Assembly: GCA_903885665.1 (NCBI GenBank)
Contig: CAISJL010000117.1
Coordinates: forward strand, 78,607-142,606
DNA: 64,000 nucleotides
From: an uncultured beta proteobacterium
Lineage (GTDB): Bacteria; Pseudomonadota; Gammaproteobacteria; Burkholderiales; SG8-41
Reading direction: 5' to 3'
The first letter of the stretch is position 1. The number at the start of each line of letters is the position of its first letter. The translations under genes were made by a program, and so were the position numbers. Under the pieces are notes generated by a model. It was not told where the DNA came from, did no database searches, and was given only the letters and a program-made list of their open reading frames with translations. Of this stretch, positions 22,065 to 32,041 are shown piece by piece.

Positions 22065-23593
22065 GCAAACTCGATTAGAGATTGGCCGGTCATTGCTGCT
22101 GGTTGCGCCACGCCCATCATCGCTAACAAGGTTGGTGCGATGTCTTGGAGGGAGCCGTCATCTCGTAGACGAGCTTGACGGCCGAGGTAGACCACGGGTA
22201 CTGGGTTTAAGGTGTGGGCAGTATGCGGCTGATTTGATTCTGGATCATGCATAGTCTCAGCATTGCCATGGTCAGCGGTAATTAGTAATTCTCCGCCTAT
22301 GGCTTGTATCGCAGTCGTGAGCCGGCCAATGCATTCATCCAATACTTCAATGGCAGCGGTCGCTGCTGCTAAATTACCCGTATGCCCGACCATGTCACCA
22401 TTGGCAAAGTTGCAGATTAAGGCGTCGAATTGGCGGCTCTCGATAGCGGCAATCAATTGATCAGTGACCACACGCGCACTCATTGCCGGTTCGAGGTCGT
22501 AAGTGACGACTTTTGGCGAGGGTACGAGTATGCGTGTTTCATTGGTGTAGGGTTGCTCAACCCCTCCGTTGAAAAAATAGGTGACGTGAGCAAATTTTTC
22601 GGTCTCTGCAATCCGCAATTGTTTTAAACCCAGTTTAGATAGGTATTCGCCAAGGCCATCGTCAATGTGCTGTGGGCCAAACGCTGCAGGAATATGGCTG
22701 AATTCATCGCCATAGCTGGTGAGGGTGCAGAAGTAACTGAGCTGTGGTTGGCGGGCTCGTGTAAACCCTTGGAAGCGCGGATCGGTGAGGGCGCTGGTGA
22801 GTTGACGGGCGCGGTCTGAGCGGAAGTTCATGAAAATAGCGGTATCACCATCTGCTATGTTGATGGGCTCGGTAGTCGTATGTATGGCAGTGGCTGTAAC
22901 AAACTCATCAGTCTCGCCGCGGGCATAAGCTGCCTCTAGCGCGCTCAGCGCATCCCTAGCGTGGTGGGTGGCGTGGCCATCGGTGATTAAATCGTAGGCA
23001 GTCTGTATTCGAGGCCACCGCTGATCGCGATCCATCGCATAGAAGCGACCGCAAATGGAAGCAATTTGGGCATTGCCCAAGGATTTACAAAGCTGATCAA
23101 GGGTGGTGATTGAAGCGGCTGCGCTTTGCGGGGGAGTATCTCGACCGTCCAAAAAGGCGTGGACATAGATTTTTGCAGTGTTGCGCTCTGCTGCGAGGCG
23201 CACTACAGCGGCAATTTGTGATTCATGGCTATGCACACCTCCTGGCGAGAGTAGGCCTAGAATATGTACAGCGTGTTGGCGGCCTGGCTGTAGGGCTGCT
23301 TGGATGACTGGATTTTTTCCGAATTCGCCAGTTTCTATGGCGTGTTCAATTTTTGTGTAATCCTGGTAGACCACTCGTCCCGCACCAATATTCATGTGCC
23401 CGACCTCTGAGTTGCCCATCTGTCCGGCTGGCAGTCCTACCCATTTTTCAGAGGCTTGAATTAAGGTATGGGGGCACGTTTGCCATAAAAAGTTCCAATG
23501 CGGTTTGCGGGCCTGGCAAATGGCATTGTCAGCGCAGGCTTCACGATGACCGAAACCATCTAAAATAATCAAGAGTGCAGGTGTTATCTTCAT
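22061..23593 (-). CDS. gpmI: 2,3-bisphosphoglycerate-independent phosphoglycerate mutase
   Basis: 510 aa with LIILDGFG, GNSEVGHMNIGAGR and ADHGNAE. Confidence 0.96.
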   Translation of the reverse strand: MKITPALLIILDGFGHREACADNAICQARKPHWNFLWQTCPHTLIQASEKWVGLPAGQMGNSEVGHMNIGAGRVVYQDYTKIEHAIETGEFGKNPVIQAALQPGRQHAVHILGLLSPGGVHSHESQIAAVVRLAAERNTAKIYVHAFLDGRDTPPQSAAASITTLDQLCKSLGNAQIASICGRFYAMDRDQRWPRIQTAYDLITDGHATHHARDALSALEAAYARGETDEFVTATAIHTTTEPINIADGDTAIFMNFRSDRARQLTSALTDPRFQGFTRARQPQLSYFCTLTSYGDEFSHIPAAFGPQHIDDGLGEYLSKLGLKQLRIAETEKFAHVTYFFNGGVEQPYTNETRILVPSPKVVTYDLEPAMSARVVTDQLIAAIESRQFDALICNFANGDMVGHTGNLAAATAAIEVLDECIGRLTTAIQAIGGELLITADHGNAETMHDPESNQPHTAHTLNPVPVVYLGRQARLRDDGSLQDIAPTLLAMMGVAQPAAMTGQSLIEFA

Positions 23594-23765
23594 GATTTTA
23601 ATGAATTTTTTTAAATTGAGCGAGGAATGATTTTAATATATTTTGGGGGTGTTTGGTGAGTTCTTGGCGCTAGAACTACAAGTTAACCATCATACAGTGT
23701 CAGTATGTGGGGCTTGCTCTGGTAGAATCCAATTTGGCCCACTTTAGGTTTTAGACATTGATTCT

Positions 23766-24200
23766 ATGGAAGCTTTTTTGATTTTTTTGCAGAAATCCCC
23801 GGTTAATATGGTGTTATTCGGTGGTGCAGTGTGTTCTGGGCTCTTACTTTTATGGCCATTTATCATGCGTCCTTTTCGGGCGGGGCGCGAGGTTAGCGTG
23901 ATTGAAGCTGTTCAGTTGATTAATCGCCGTGATGCGAATGTGCTGGATATTCGGGATACTGGTGATTTCGAGGCGGGACACTTACGCGGCGCGAAACATA
24001 TCCCAGAGATGCAAGTCACGGAGCGTCTGCAGGAGTTAGCAAAACTGAAGGATCGCCCCTTAATTGTAGTTTGCCAAAGCGGCACTCGCGCAAGTGTAGT
24101 AGTCAGCGCGTTACAGCGCCAAGGTTATGCTGAAGCAGTTGCGCTCGAAGGCGGCATTGCCGGTTGGAAGCAGGCTGCAATGCCGGTGCAGAAGTCGTAA
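23766..24200 (+). CDS. membrane-anchored rhodanese-domain protein (YibN-like)
   Basis: 144 aa with an N-terminal TM and the active-site loop CQSGTRA. Occupies the same position as E. coli yibN upstream of grxC-secB. Confidence 0.82.
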   Translation: MEAFLIFLQKSPVNMVLFGGAVCSGLLLLWPFIMRPFRAGREVSVIEAVQLINRRDANVLDIRDTGDFEAGHLRGAKHIPEMQVTERLQELAKLKDRPLIVVCQSGTRASVVVSALQRQGYAEAVALEGGIAGWKQAAMPVQKS

Positions 24201-24288
24201 GTACTCACGGCTTTCTAGATAATACAATTTAATCAAATAATTAATCAGGTGTTAGTTAATTTTATGGATCTGATCAAGGGGTTAAACA

Positions 24289-24546
24289 ATGCCTAAAGTG
24301 CGCATGTATTCGACTGCAGTGTGTCCTTATTGCCAGATGGCAGAACGCTTATTGCACGAGCGTGGTGTGACCCAAATCGACAAGCTGCGGATTGACCTAG
24401 ACCCGGTGCTGCGACAAGAGATGATGAGCGCTACAGGACGGCGCACTGTCCCACAGATTTACATTGGGGAGACTCATGTTGGCGGTTATGATGATTTGGC
24501 AGCACTAGACCGTGCGGGGCAGTTGGCGCCCCTGCTTGCTAGCTAA
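24289..24546 (+). CDS. grxC: glutaredoxin 3
   Basis: 85 aa with the CPYC active site, TVPQIYIG and GGYDD. Confidence 0.95.
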   Translation: MPKVRMYSTAVCPYCQMAERLLHERGVTQIDKLRIDLDPVLRQEMMSATGRRTVPQIYIGETHVGGYDDLAALDRAGQLAPLLAS

Positions 24547-24605
24547 GCCCTTTTGGGCTGGGCCGTTGTGGCGATTTTATAGATTAATTTTGAAGGGTTT
24601 TTCCA

Positions 24606-25079
24606 ATGACTGAAGCTGAACAAGCTGCACCACAGTTTTCGATTGAGAAGTTATATGTTAAAGATATGTCCCTGGAGTTGCCCAATGCGCCGCAGATTTT
24701 TCTCGAGCAGGTGAGCCCTGAGATCGAAATCAATATGCATAACCTAGCCACGACTTTGCCCCAGCCTGGTTGGTATGAAGTGGCGTTGACGGTGACTGTG
24801 ACTGCCAGAGCGCAAGAGAAGACGATTTTTTTAGTAGAGGTCGCACAAGCCGGCATTTTCCAGATATTGAATTTAGCCGATGCCGATTTAGATGCAGTAT
24901 TAGGCGTGCTATGTCCGAATACCTTGCTCCCGTATGCGCGTGAAGTCATTTCGAATTTGATTATGCGTGCCGGCTTCCCGCCGGTGTATTTGCAACATAT
25001 TAATTTTGATGTGGCCTATCAAGAACGCTTGCGGCAATTGCAACAAGCGCAGGCCACCCAGCCGCTACAATCGCACTGA
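24606..25079 (+). CDS. secB: protein-export chaperone SecB
   Basis: 157 aa. FSIEKLYVKDMSLELPNAP and CPNTLLPYAREVISNL are SecB-typical. Confidence 0.95.
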   Translation: MTEAEQAAPQFSIEKLYVKDMSLELPNAPQIFLEQVSPEIEINMHNLATTLPQPGWYEVALTVTVTARAQEKTIFLVEVAQAGIFQILNLADADLDAVLGVLCPNTLLPYAREVISNLIMRAGFPPVYLQHINFDVAYQERLRQLQQAQATQPLQSH

Positions 25080-25085
25080 TTGACC

Positions 25086-25559
25086 ATGATTCAGGCGGGC
25101 CAGTGGCGGGCGATCCGAGGTGTATTTTCGGCGGTGCTCTGTGCTTCTGGCTTTGCTTGGTCTGTGGCTTATGGAGTGGAGTTTCGAGCCACGACCGAGC
25201 CAGCAGTGGTGCTCTATGACGGCCCGTCACTGAAGTCGAAGAAACTCTTTATCGTGAATCGTGACTATCCGCTCGAGGTGTTGGTGCAACTCGAGGGTTG
25301 GACCAAAGTGCGTGATGCTTTGGGTGTGATCAGTTGGACAGAGGGCAAGTCCTTAGAGCGTGCGCGTATGGTGTTGTTAAAGTCAGCGCAGATTGTGCGT
25401 CAAGAACCTCGGGAAGATGCCATTGGGGTATTCCATGGCCAACGTGATTTGTTATTGGAATTCGTCGCCACCGCTACGGGCGGTTGGGTGCAGGTGAGGC
25501 ATCGCGACGGGGCTGTTGGGTATCTGCGTAGCACCGATCTGTGGGGAGTGCCTCGCTAA
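25086..25559 (+). CDS. secreted protein with two bacterial SH3-like repeats
   Basis: First ATG is at 25086 (track start is TTG 25080). Signal-like N-terminus, then two units of the type GWTKVRDALGVISW and GWVQVRHRDGAVGYL. Confidence 0.6.
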   Translation: MIQAGQWRAIRGVFSAVLCASGFAWSVAYGVEFRATTEPAVVLYDGPSLKSKKLFIVNRDYPLEVLVQLEGWTKVRDALGVISWTEGKSLERARMVLLKSAQIVRQEPREDAIGVFHGQRDLLLEFVATATGGWVQVRHRDGAVGYLRSTDLWGVPR

Positions 25560-25578
25560 TGTGTAGGGTCGATTCAAC

Positions 25579-26559
25579 ATGAAGATTGCAATTCTAGGCG
25601 CAGGAGCTTGGGGTACTGCCTTAGCGATTAATTTGTCCGCAAAGCATACGGTGCATTTGTGGGCGCGTGACCCCGTCCAAGTTGCTCAGATGCAGTCTAC
25701 ACGCTGTAATCAGCGCTACTTGCCAGCCTATCCATTACCCGCCGGTGTGATGGTGATGGCCGATTTGGCTGCAACTCTGGATGCTTGTGATTACATTGTG
25801 TTGGCTGTGACGGTTGCCGGGTTACGCCAAACGCTAGGTGCGTTACAGACCTTGGAGGTGACGCAGCCGGTAATTTGGTTATGCAAGGGTTTTGAGCGAC
25901 CTGATGCTCGTTTACCGCACGAAGTGTTTCGTGCGATGTTGCCTGACGCTCTGGGTGCGGTGTTATCTGGCCCTAGTTTTGCACAAGAAGTAGCTGCTGG
26001 CTTGCCAACGGCATTAACTGTGGCCTCCGGTGTTTCTGGTCTAGCCGCTCGTCTTGGTCAGGTGCTGCATGGTCCTAGTTTGCGCGTGTATTCAAGCGAT
26101 GATGTGATTGGGGTAGAAGTCGGTGGCGCGGTAAAAAATGTGATGGCCATTGCTGCCGGTATTAGTGACGGTCTAGGTTTGGGACTAAACGCTCGCGCCG
26201 CTTTAATTACCCGTGGTTTGGCAGAGATGACGCGCTTGGGAATTGCTCTGGGCGGTCGCGCAGAGACTTTTGGTGGGTTGTCGGGAATGGGCGATTTACT
26301 ACTAACGGCGACCGGAGACTTATCGCGTAATCGACAAATCGGTTTGGCGTTAGCCCGCGGTGTGGTGACTAGTGCGGCGCAAGCCAGTTTAGGCCACGTC
26401 GCTGAGGGGGTATTTACTGCTTCTGAAGTATGGCGACGGGCACAGGCTCTAGGCGTGGAGATGCCGATTACTGCCGCTGTTTGTGAGCTTCTGGAGCACC
26501 CTAATCATGCAGCGATTGTAGTGCAAAGTTTATTAGCTCGTGATGCAAGAGCGGAGTAA
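25579..26559 (+). CDS. gpsA: NAD(P)H-dependent glycerol-3-phosphate dehydrogenase
   Basis: 326 aa with the ILGAGAWGTALA Rossmann loop and GAVKNVMAIAAGI. Confidence 0.96.
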   Translation: MKIAILGAGAWGTALAINLSAKHTVHLWARDPVQVAQMQSTRCNQRYLPAYPLPAGVMVMADLAATLDACDYIVLAVTVAGLRQTLGALQTLEVTQPVIWLCKGFERPDARLPHEVFRAMLPDALGAVLSGPSFAQEVAAGLPTALTVASGVSGLAARLGQVLHGPSLRVYSSDDVIGVEVGGAVKNVMAIAAGISDGLGLGLNARAALITRGLAEMTRLGIALGGRAETFGGLSGMGDLLLTATGDLSRNRQIGLALARGVVTSAAQASLGHVAEGVFTASEVWRRAQALGVEMPITAAVCELLEHPNHAAIVVQSLLARDARAE

Positions 26560-26578
26560 GCTTGTTCGAGTGCTCGCG

Positions 26579-27043
26579 CTAAGATCCGCCACTAAAAGCG
26601 TGCTGTCGCCAAGCCTCATAAATCACAATTGCCACGGTATTAGACAGATTTAAACTACGATTGTCAGGGTGCATAGGCACGCGTAGACATTGGCCGCCAG
26701 GCCAGTTGGCAAGTAAAGTGGCGGGCAGGCCACGAGTCTCTGGCCCGAACACCAACACATCATTTTCGGCATAAGCCCAGTTGTCATAGCGCACCTGACC
26801 GCGGGTGGTGATGGCAAGCATGCGTTGGCCACAGAGGGCGCTGACACAGGCCGCCCAATCATCATGCACACTGAGTGTGGTTCGTGAATGGTAGTCGAGA
26901 CCAGCGCGTGCTAAGTTTTTATCACGCAAGGTAAACCCAAGTGGTCTAACCAAGTGCAGTCTGGCCCCTGCGTTAGCGGCTAAGCGGATGATGTTGCCCG
27001 TATTGGGGGCGATTTCGGGTTCATACAGAACAATGTCGAACAT
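26579..27043 (-). CDS. trmL: tRNA (cytidine/uridine-34 2'-O)-methyltransferase (SPOUT)
   Basis: 154 aa with IVLYEPEIAPNTGNIIRL and LNLSNTVAIVIYEA. Confidence 0.9.
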   Translation of the reverse strand: MFDIVLYEPEIAPNTGNIIRLAANAGARLHLVRPLGFTLRDKNLARAGLDYHSRTTLSVHDDWAACVSALCGQRMLAITTRGQVRYDNWAYAENDVLVFGPETRGLPATLLANWPGGQCLRVPMHPDNRSLNLSNTVAIVIYEAWRQHAFSGGS

Positions 27044-27055
27044 GGTGGTGTCTTA

Positions 27056-27871
27056 TTAGGCGTGATCAGAGCTTGCAGTGAATGCACGTGCAGAATCAGA
27101 GTATGCCTGATTGTTAATAGTGGAAGCGGCTGTATTGGTACTTGAAATTAAATCTGAGCTTGTGCCTTGTGCGCTATTGAGCGCTCGTGCAATCACGTGA
27201 CCGGTGACACGACCAGCACCAGCCAATTTGAGTAAGCGGGCGATCTCGTTTACGGTCGACCCTGTGGTGAGCACATCATCGACGATCGCAACGTGTTGCC
27301 TCTGTAGTGCCTCCATCACCACAAACGCGCCGCGGATGTTGCGCTGACGTGCCGCCCACGGCAAGCGAGCTTGTGGTGTAGTGTCGCGAATCTTCAAGCA
27401 CAACGTTTTGTGAATAGGTGTTTCCCAGTGCTGAGATAGATCACGTGCTAATTCTAGGGCTTGATTAAAGCCGCGTTGTTGTAGACGTTGCGCGCTTAGC
27501 GGCACGGGCACAATTAGGTCTGGTCGTGGCCAGGACTGCTCGCGCAGGATCGCGCTCAAGGTGCGCGTAGTGGCTAGTCGGCCATGATATTTATAGGATT
27601 GTATTAACGGTGCTAGCGGATAAGTGTAAGCACAGGCTGCTGCAATTTGATCGAAATGCGGGGGTGTTGTAAGACAACGACCACATCGACCCAGTGCCGG
27701 CAGCGGATGGGCGCAACATTGACATATCGCGGAGGGTAACCAGGGCAGTTCTGACCAACACGGCGCGCAGAGATGGGTATGCGTGGACGGGGCATGGCAC
27801 AGTAAGCAGGGCGCGGGGGCGTTTAACTTGTTCAGTACGCGCTCTGAAAAATTTGACAAGAGTCTAAACAT
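27056..27871 (-). CDS. comF: ComF-family phosphoribosyltransferase-domain protein
   Basis: 271 aa with N-terminal Cys pairs (CLLC, CAPC, CQCC, CGRC), the PRTase motif VAIVDDVLTTGST and a low-complexity Ser/Thr-rich C-terminal tail. Confidence 0.85.
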   Translation of the reverse strand: MFRLLSNFSERVLNKLNAPAPCLLCHAPSTHTHLCAPCWSELPWLPSAICQCCAHPLPALGRCGRCLTTPPHFDQIAAACAYTYPLAPLIQSYKYHGRLATTRTLSAILREQSWPRPDLIVPVPLSAQRLQQRGFNQALELARDLSQHWETPIHKTLCLKIRDTTPQARLPWAARQRNIRGAFVVMEALQRQHVAIVDDVLTTGSTVNEIARLLKLAGAGRVTGHVIARALNSAQGTSSDLISSTNTAASTINNQAYSDSARAFTASSDHA

Positions 27872-28105
27872 CTGCGATCATTAAATTCATAACTTATTGT
27901 TTTTATTGATATTTTTATTGGTGTTTTAATTTTAATTGTTCAGTAAAGTCTTTTTTGATGCTTCAGATGTGCTTAATTCGATTCTTTAGGCTAATGCGGG
28001 CGAGTTTATTGTCGTCTAATGGTATTCAAGATGTTGATATTACAAGTTTTTAATCAGCAGTGCGGTGCGCCTAGCGGAGCTGGATGGCCAAAACTTTTTA
28101 TTAAC

Positions 28106-28150
28106 CGAGATTAGATCAAACAAGATTGGATTGACCAAGATTAATTTGAA
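28106..28150. repeat. 3 tandem degenerate 15-bp units abutting the bioB Shine-Dalgarno
   Basis: CGAGATTAGATCAAA / CAAGATTGGATTGAC / CAAGATTAATTTGAA, read directly. The last unit overlaps GAAGGAG (28148-28154). Confidence 0.75.
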
Positions 28151-28160
28151 GGAGTGTAAC

Positions 28161-29171
28161 TTGCCACAGTCTAGTGCGAACCTGCAGCAGCAGGATACCA
28201 TTGTAATGCCGCAGCAAGCGTCCCAATCCCCTTGGACGGTTGCGGGTATTGAGGCCTTATTTGCCTTACCGTTTAATGATTTACTGTATCAGGCTCAGCA
28301 AGTGCATAGAGCGAATTTTGATCCGAACGCCGTACAATTGTCGACGCTGCTATCGATTAAGACTGGTGGTTGTGCAGAGGATTGCGGTTATTGTCCGCAA
28401 GCGGCGCGTTATCACACGGGCGTGGATAACACAGAGACTTTATCGCTAGATGCGGTCATGGCAGCAGCCACCGCTGCACGCGCACAAGGGGCAACGCGAT
28501 TTTGCATGGGGGCTGCTTGGCGCTCACCCAAGCAACGGGACTTGGATCGAGTGGTGGAGATGGTGCAAGCGGTGCGCGGCTTAGGGATGGAGACCTGCGC
28601 CACGCTGGGCATGCTCAAGCCAGGGCAGGCTGAGCAGTTACGGGATGCGGGTCTCGATTACTACAATCATAATATCGACACTGCTGAGGATTATTATGGT
28701 GAAGTCATTACTACCCGAGATTACGGTGATCGTTTGGATACCTTAGCGCAAGTGCGCGAGGCCGGTCTGCATGTATGTTGTGGCGGTATTGTCGGGATGG
28801 GAGAGACACGTACGGCACGTGCAACCCTGATTGCGCAGCTCGCCAATATGCAACCGTATCCGGAGTCAGTGCCGATTAATAATTTAGTACAAGTGCCAGG
28901 CACACCTTTGCATGGCACTGCAGCCTTGGACCCATTAGAATTTGTGCGAACGATCGCTTGTGCGCGCATTACCATGCCCAAAGCGATGGTGCGCTTATCG
29001 GCAGGCCGTCAAGAGATGGGTGAGGCGATACAAACCCTCTGCTTTTTGGCTGGTGCGAACTCTATTTTTTATGGTGAGAAATTACTCACAACAGAGAACC
29101 CAGAAGTTGCTCGAGATCAAGATTTGATGGCGCGCTTAGGACTACATCCAATGGCTGTGGCGTGCGCTTAG
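28161..29171 (+). CDS. bioB: biotin synthase
   Basis: Radical-SAM [24 protein letters not shown] and SVPINNLV. Start chosen at in-frame TTG 28161, 6 nt after GAAGGAG. ATG 28206 is an alternative. The track start at 28065 is unlikely because it lies in an AT-rich repeat region. Confidence 0.95.
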   Translation: MPQSSANLQQQDTIVMPQQASQSPWTVAGIEALFALPFNDLLYQAQQVHRANFDPNAVQLSTLLSIKTGGCAEDCGYCPQAARYHTGVDNTETLSLDAVMAAATAARAQGATRFCMGAAWRSPKQRDLDRVVEMVQAVRGLGMETCATLGMLKPGQAEQLRDAGLDYYNHNIDTAEDYYGEVITTRDYGDRLDTLAQVREAGLHVCCGGIVGMGETRTARATLIAQLANMQPYPESVPINNLVQVPGTPLHGTAALDPLEFVRTIACARITMPKAMVRLSAGRQEMGEAIQTLCFLAGANSIFYGEKLLTTENPEVARDQDLMARLGLHPMAVACA

Positions 29172-29207
29172 CAGGCGATTCAGACGCTTAGGGTTGGGAG
29201 AGCAGGC

Positions 29208-30380
29208 TTGAGTCTGGATGCCGAGTTGATCGCCGCCTTAGACGAGCGTGAGGCCGCGGGTTTGCGTCGCCGCCGGCGTTTGTTAATGAGTCCGCAACGG
29301 GCGCGGGTGGTGGTCGATGGCAAGCCCTATGTGGCGTTTTGTTCAAATGATTATTTAGGTCTAGCCGCTGATCCCCGCTTAATCGCCGCGGTGCATACCA
29401 GTGTTGAACAATATGGTGTGGGTGCAGGTGCCTCACACTTAATTTTAGGTCATAGCACTGCGCATGAGATGTTTGAGCAAGCGGCCGCTAAATTCGTTGG
29501 TATGCCTGAGGCTTTATTGTTTACCACCGGTTATATGGCGAATATGGGTGTAGTCAGTGCCTTGGTCGGACGTGGTGATGCGGTATTTGCTGATCGTCTC
29601 AATCACGCTTCTTTGAACGATGCCGCTTTGATTTCACGCGCGAGTTTTAAGCGCTATCCACACCTAAACTTAGTAGCCCTCAACCGGTTGTTGGGACAGT
29701 CAACGGCACGACGTAAGTTGGTAGTCACCGATACGGTATTTAGTATGGATGGTGATATTGCACCTCTGCCTGCACTGCTGGAGTTATGTCATCAGCACGA
29801 TGCGATCTTGATGATTGATGATGCCCATGGTTTTGGGGTGTTAGGGGCTCAAGGCCGTGGCTGTTTGGCGCATTTTGGGATTACTAATGCGCAGGATATG
29901 GCACGCATTGTATATATGGCAACCTTGGGTAAGGCCGCCGGTGTTTCGGGTGCCTTTGTTGCCGCGAGCGCGCCAATGGTTGAGACCGTGATGCAGCATG
30001 CGCGAACCTACATCTACACGACAGCCACACCGCCACTATTATCAGCTGCACTGCTTGCTAGCCTGCAATGTATAGAGAGCGAGGATTGGCGACGCACGCA
30101 TTTGCAAATGTTGATTGCGTATCTCGTTAAGGCTCTGCATGGTTCTGGCTGGTCCTTAATGCCGTCATCGACACCCATTCAGCCCGTGGTTATGGGTACT
30201 GCAGCAGCAGCAATAGCGCTATCGGATTATTTGGCCACGGCAGGTTTGCTGGTGCCAGCAATACGACCACCGACAGTGCCGGCGGGGAGTGCGCGTCTGC
30301 GTATTTCATTGTCAGCAGATCATCAATTGGCTGATGTTGAGCAACTGGTGCTTGCTTTGCAACGCTATCCACGACCATGA
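29208..30380 (+). CDS. bioF: 8-amino-7-oxononanoate synthase
   Basis: 390 aa from a TTG start with GGGAG upstream. SNDYLGL and the PLP-lysine block TLGKAAG. Confidence 0.94.
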   Translation: MSLDAELIAALDEREAAGLRRRRRLLMSPQRARVVVDGKPYVAFCSNDYLGLAADPRLIAAVHTSVEQYGVGAGASHLILGHSTAHEMFEQAAAKFVGMPEALLFTTGYMANMGVVSALVGRGDAVFADRLNHASLNDAALISRASFKRYPHLNLVALNRLLGQSTARRKLVVTDTVFSMDGDIAPLPALLELCHQHDAILMIDDAHGFGVLGAQGRGCLAHFGITNAQDMARIVYMATLGKAAGVSGAFVAASAPMVETVMQHARTYIYTTATPPLLSAALLASLQCIESEDWRRTHLQMLIAYLVKALHGSGWSLMPSSTPIQPVVMGTAAAAIALSDYLATAGLLVPAIRPPTVPAGSARLRISLSADHQLADVEQLVLALQRYPRP

Positions 30381-30390
30381 ATCTACAACT

Positions 30391-31164
30391 ATGAGTGCCG
30401 CGCAGGCTCAGCACTGGGTCATGTTGCACGGCTGGGGGACCCATGGCGCGGTGTGGGATCGCTTGATTCATGCGAGTGCCGAGCAACGAATGGCCACCGG
30501 ACGAGCAGCATTTCATTGTATTGCTTCAGATTGGGTGCAAGCCCTTGACCCCTTGAGCGATCCTCAGACAATGCTATCTCAATTGGCCGATCAAATCGCG
30601 GCCCAAGCGCCTGCGCATTGTGCTGTGATTGGATGGTCTTTGGGTGGGCAGTTAGCGCTAAGGTGGGCAGCGCGCTATCCTCAACAAGTGCAGCGCTTGA
30701 TATTGGTCGCGACTACCCCTTGCTTTGCCCATGGACAGGGTTGGATCCATGGCTTGCCGCGCGATTGGGTGGATCAATTTATTGCAGACTTTCAAGCCGA
30801 CTCGCTAGCCACGCTGCGCCGCTTCTATGTGTTACAGACTCGAGGTGAGGCGCAAGGTCGCCAAGCATTGCGCCAATTATTGGCTGCTTTAGCAACTCGC
30901 AAATTAGCAACAGAGGCGCAATGCTTGGCTTTGTTACATTGCTTAGCTGCCAGTGATCTACGTGCAGATTTGCCTTCGATTACCCAACCAACGATGATTG
31001 TACAAGGGCTTGAAGATGTTTTAACGATGCCTGCGGCTGCAGATTATTTGGCCAGTCATATACCTACCGCACAACTTCAAGCTTGGCCAAGCGTGGGTCA
31101 TTTACCGCTGTTCTCCCAAGTGCATTCACTTGCCCAACTGATGAGTGATTTTTGTTATGTCTGA
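30391..31164 (+). CDS. bioH: pimeloyl-ACP methyl ester carboxylesterase
   Basis: Alpha/beta hydrolase with VMLHGWG and the nucleophile elbow GWSLGG. Start at ATG 30391, just after the bioF stop. The track extension to 30289 overlaps bioF. Confidence 0.85.
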   Translation: MSAAQAQHWVMLHGWGTHGAVWDRLIHASAEQRMATGRAAFHCIASDWVQALDPLSDPQTMLSQLADQIAAQAPAHCAVIGWSLGGQLALRWAARYPQQVQRLILVATTPCFAHGQGWIHGLPRDWVDQFIADFQADSLATLRRFYVLQTRGEAQGRQALRQLLAALATRKLATEAQCLALLHCLAASDLRADLPSITQPTMIVQGLEDVLTMPAAADYLASHIPTAQLQAWPSVGHLPLFSQVHSLAQLMSDFCYV

Positions 31165-32041
31165 ACGCCCTCTGTTAGATAAGCAAAGCGTGCGGCGATC
31201 ATTTGATCGTGCCGCGATTACATATGATGCGGCTGCAGTATTGCAGCACGAAGTAGCGAAACGTGGTCTAGAGCGTTTGGATTTAATCCGCCACCAACCG
31301 GCGTGCATATTGGATGCAGGTTGTGGCACAGGAAACGCTTTGCGAGGTTTATCTCAACGTTATCGGCGCTCGCGTGTTGTTGCGCTAGATTTGGCGCCTG
31401 CAATGTTGCGACAAGCACATTCGCAATTTAATTGGTGGCAACACCTCCTAGGGCGATCTGCGCAATTGGTGTGTGGAGATCTAGAGAGTTTGCCGCTGGC
31501 GAGCGCCAGTATGGATTTGATTTGGAGCAATTTGGCATTGCAATGGGTGAATGGGTTGCCTCAGGCTTTTAATGAGATGTGCAGAGTATTAGCGCCGGGT
31601 GGATTGTTAATGCTGACCACCTTAGGGCCAGACACTCTCAAGGAGTTGTGGGCTGCGCAGCACGCGGTCGATGATCATAGTCACATGAGCGGGTTTGTAG
31701 ATATGCATGATATTGGTGATTTGTTGGTGGACGCGGGTTTTGCTGATCCAGTTGTGGATATGGAAGTATTTACGCTGACCTATCCAGATGTGATGTCGCT
31801 GATGCGTGACTTGAAGGCGATTGGCGCACATAACGCGGCAAGTGATCGCCCACTCGGTTTGAGTGGCAAGGCCTGGTTAGCGGCGACAATTGCGGCTTAT
31901 GAGGCGGCGCGTGTGAATGGTTTGTTGCCGGCAACTTATGAAGTGATCTACGCCCATGCGTGGGCCCCATTACCGCGTCTGGGGCCTAAGGGTAGGCCGA
32001 TCATTCCCATTACTCCCATGGGTAAGCAGTCATGGCCATGA
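31157..32041 (+). CDS. bioC: malonyl-ACP O-methyltransferase
   Basis: SAM-methyltransferase motif I ILDAGCGTG and an N-terminal KQSVRRSFDRAA block typical of BioC. ATG 31157 overlaps the bioH stop by 8 nt. Confidence 0.88.
   Translation: MSERPLLDKQSVRRSFDRAAITYDAAAVLQHEVAKRGLERLDLIRHQPACILDAGCGTGNALRGLSQRYRRSRVVALDLAPAMLRQAHSQFNWWQHLLGRSAQLVCGDLESLPLASASMDLIWSNLALQWVNGLPQAFNEMCRVLAPGGLLMLTTLGPDTLKELWAAQHAVDDHSHMSGFVDMHDIGDLLVDAGFADPVVDMEVFTLTYPDVMSLMRDLKAIGAHNAASDRPLGLSGKAWLAATIAAYEAARVNGLLPATYEVIYAHAWAPLPRLGPKGRPIIPITPMGKQSWP

Noticed and set aside
28065-28160. Long N-terminal extension of BioB from the track start
   Set aside because: The extension covers the AT-rich tandem-repeat region and has no counterpart in BioB proteins. 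TTG 28161 has a strong SD, and the alignable BioB sequence begins near residue PWTVAG. Similar over-extensions were trimmed for bioH (30289), ctaG (36064), the M16 peptidase (45785), rplY (58927) and rpoH (42910).
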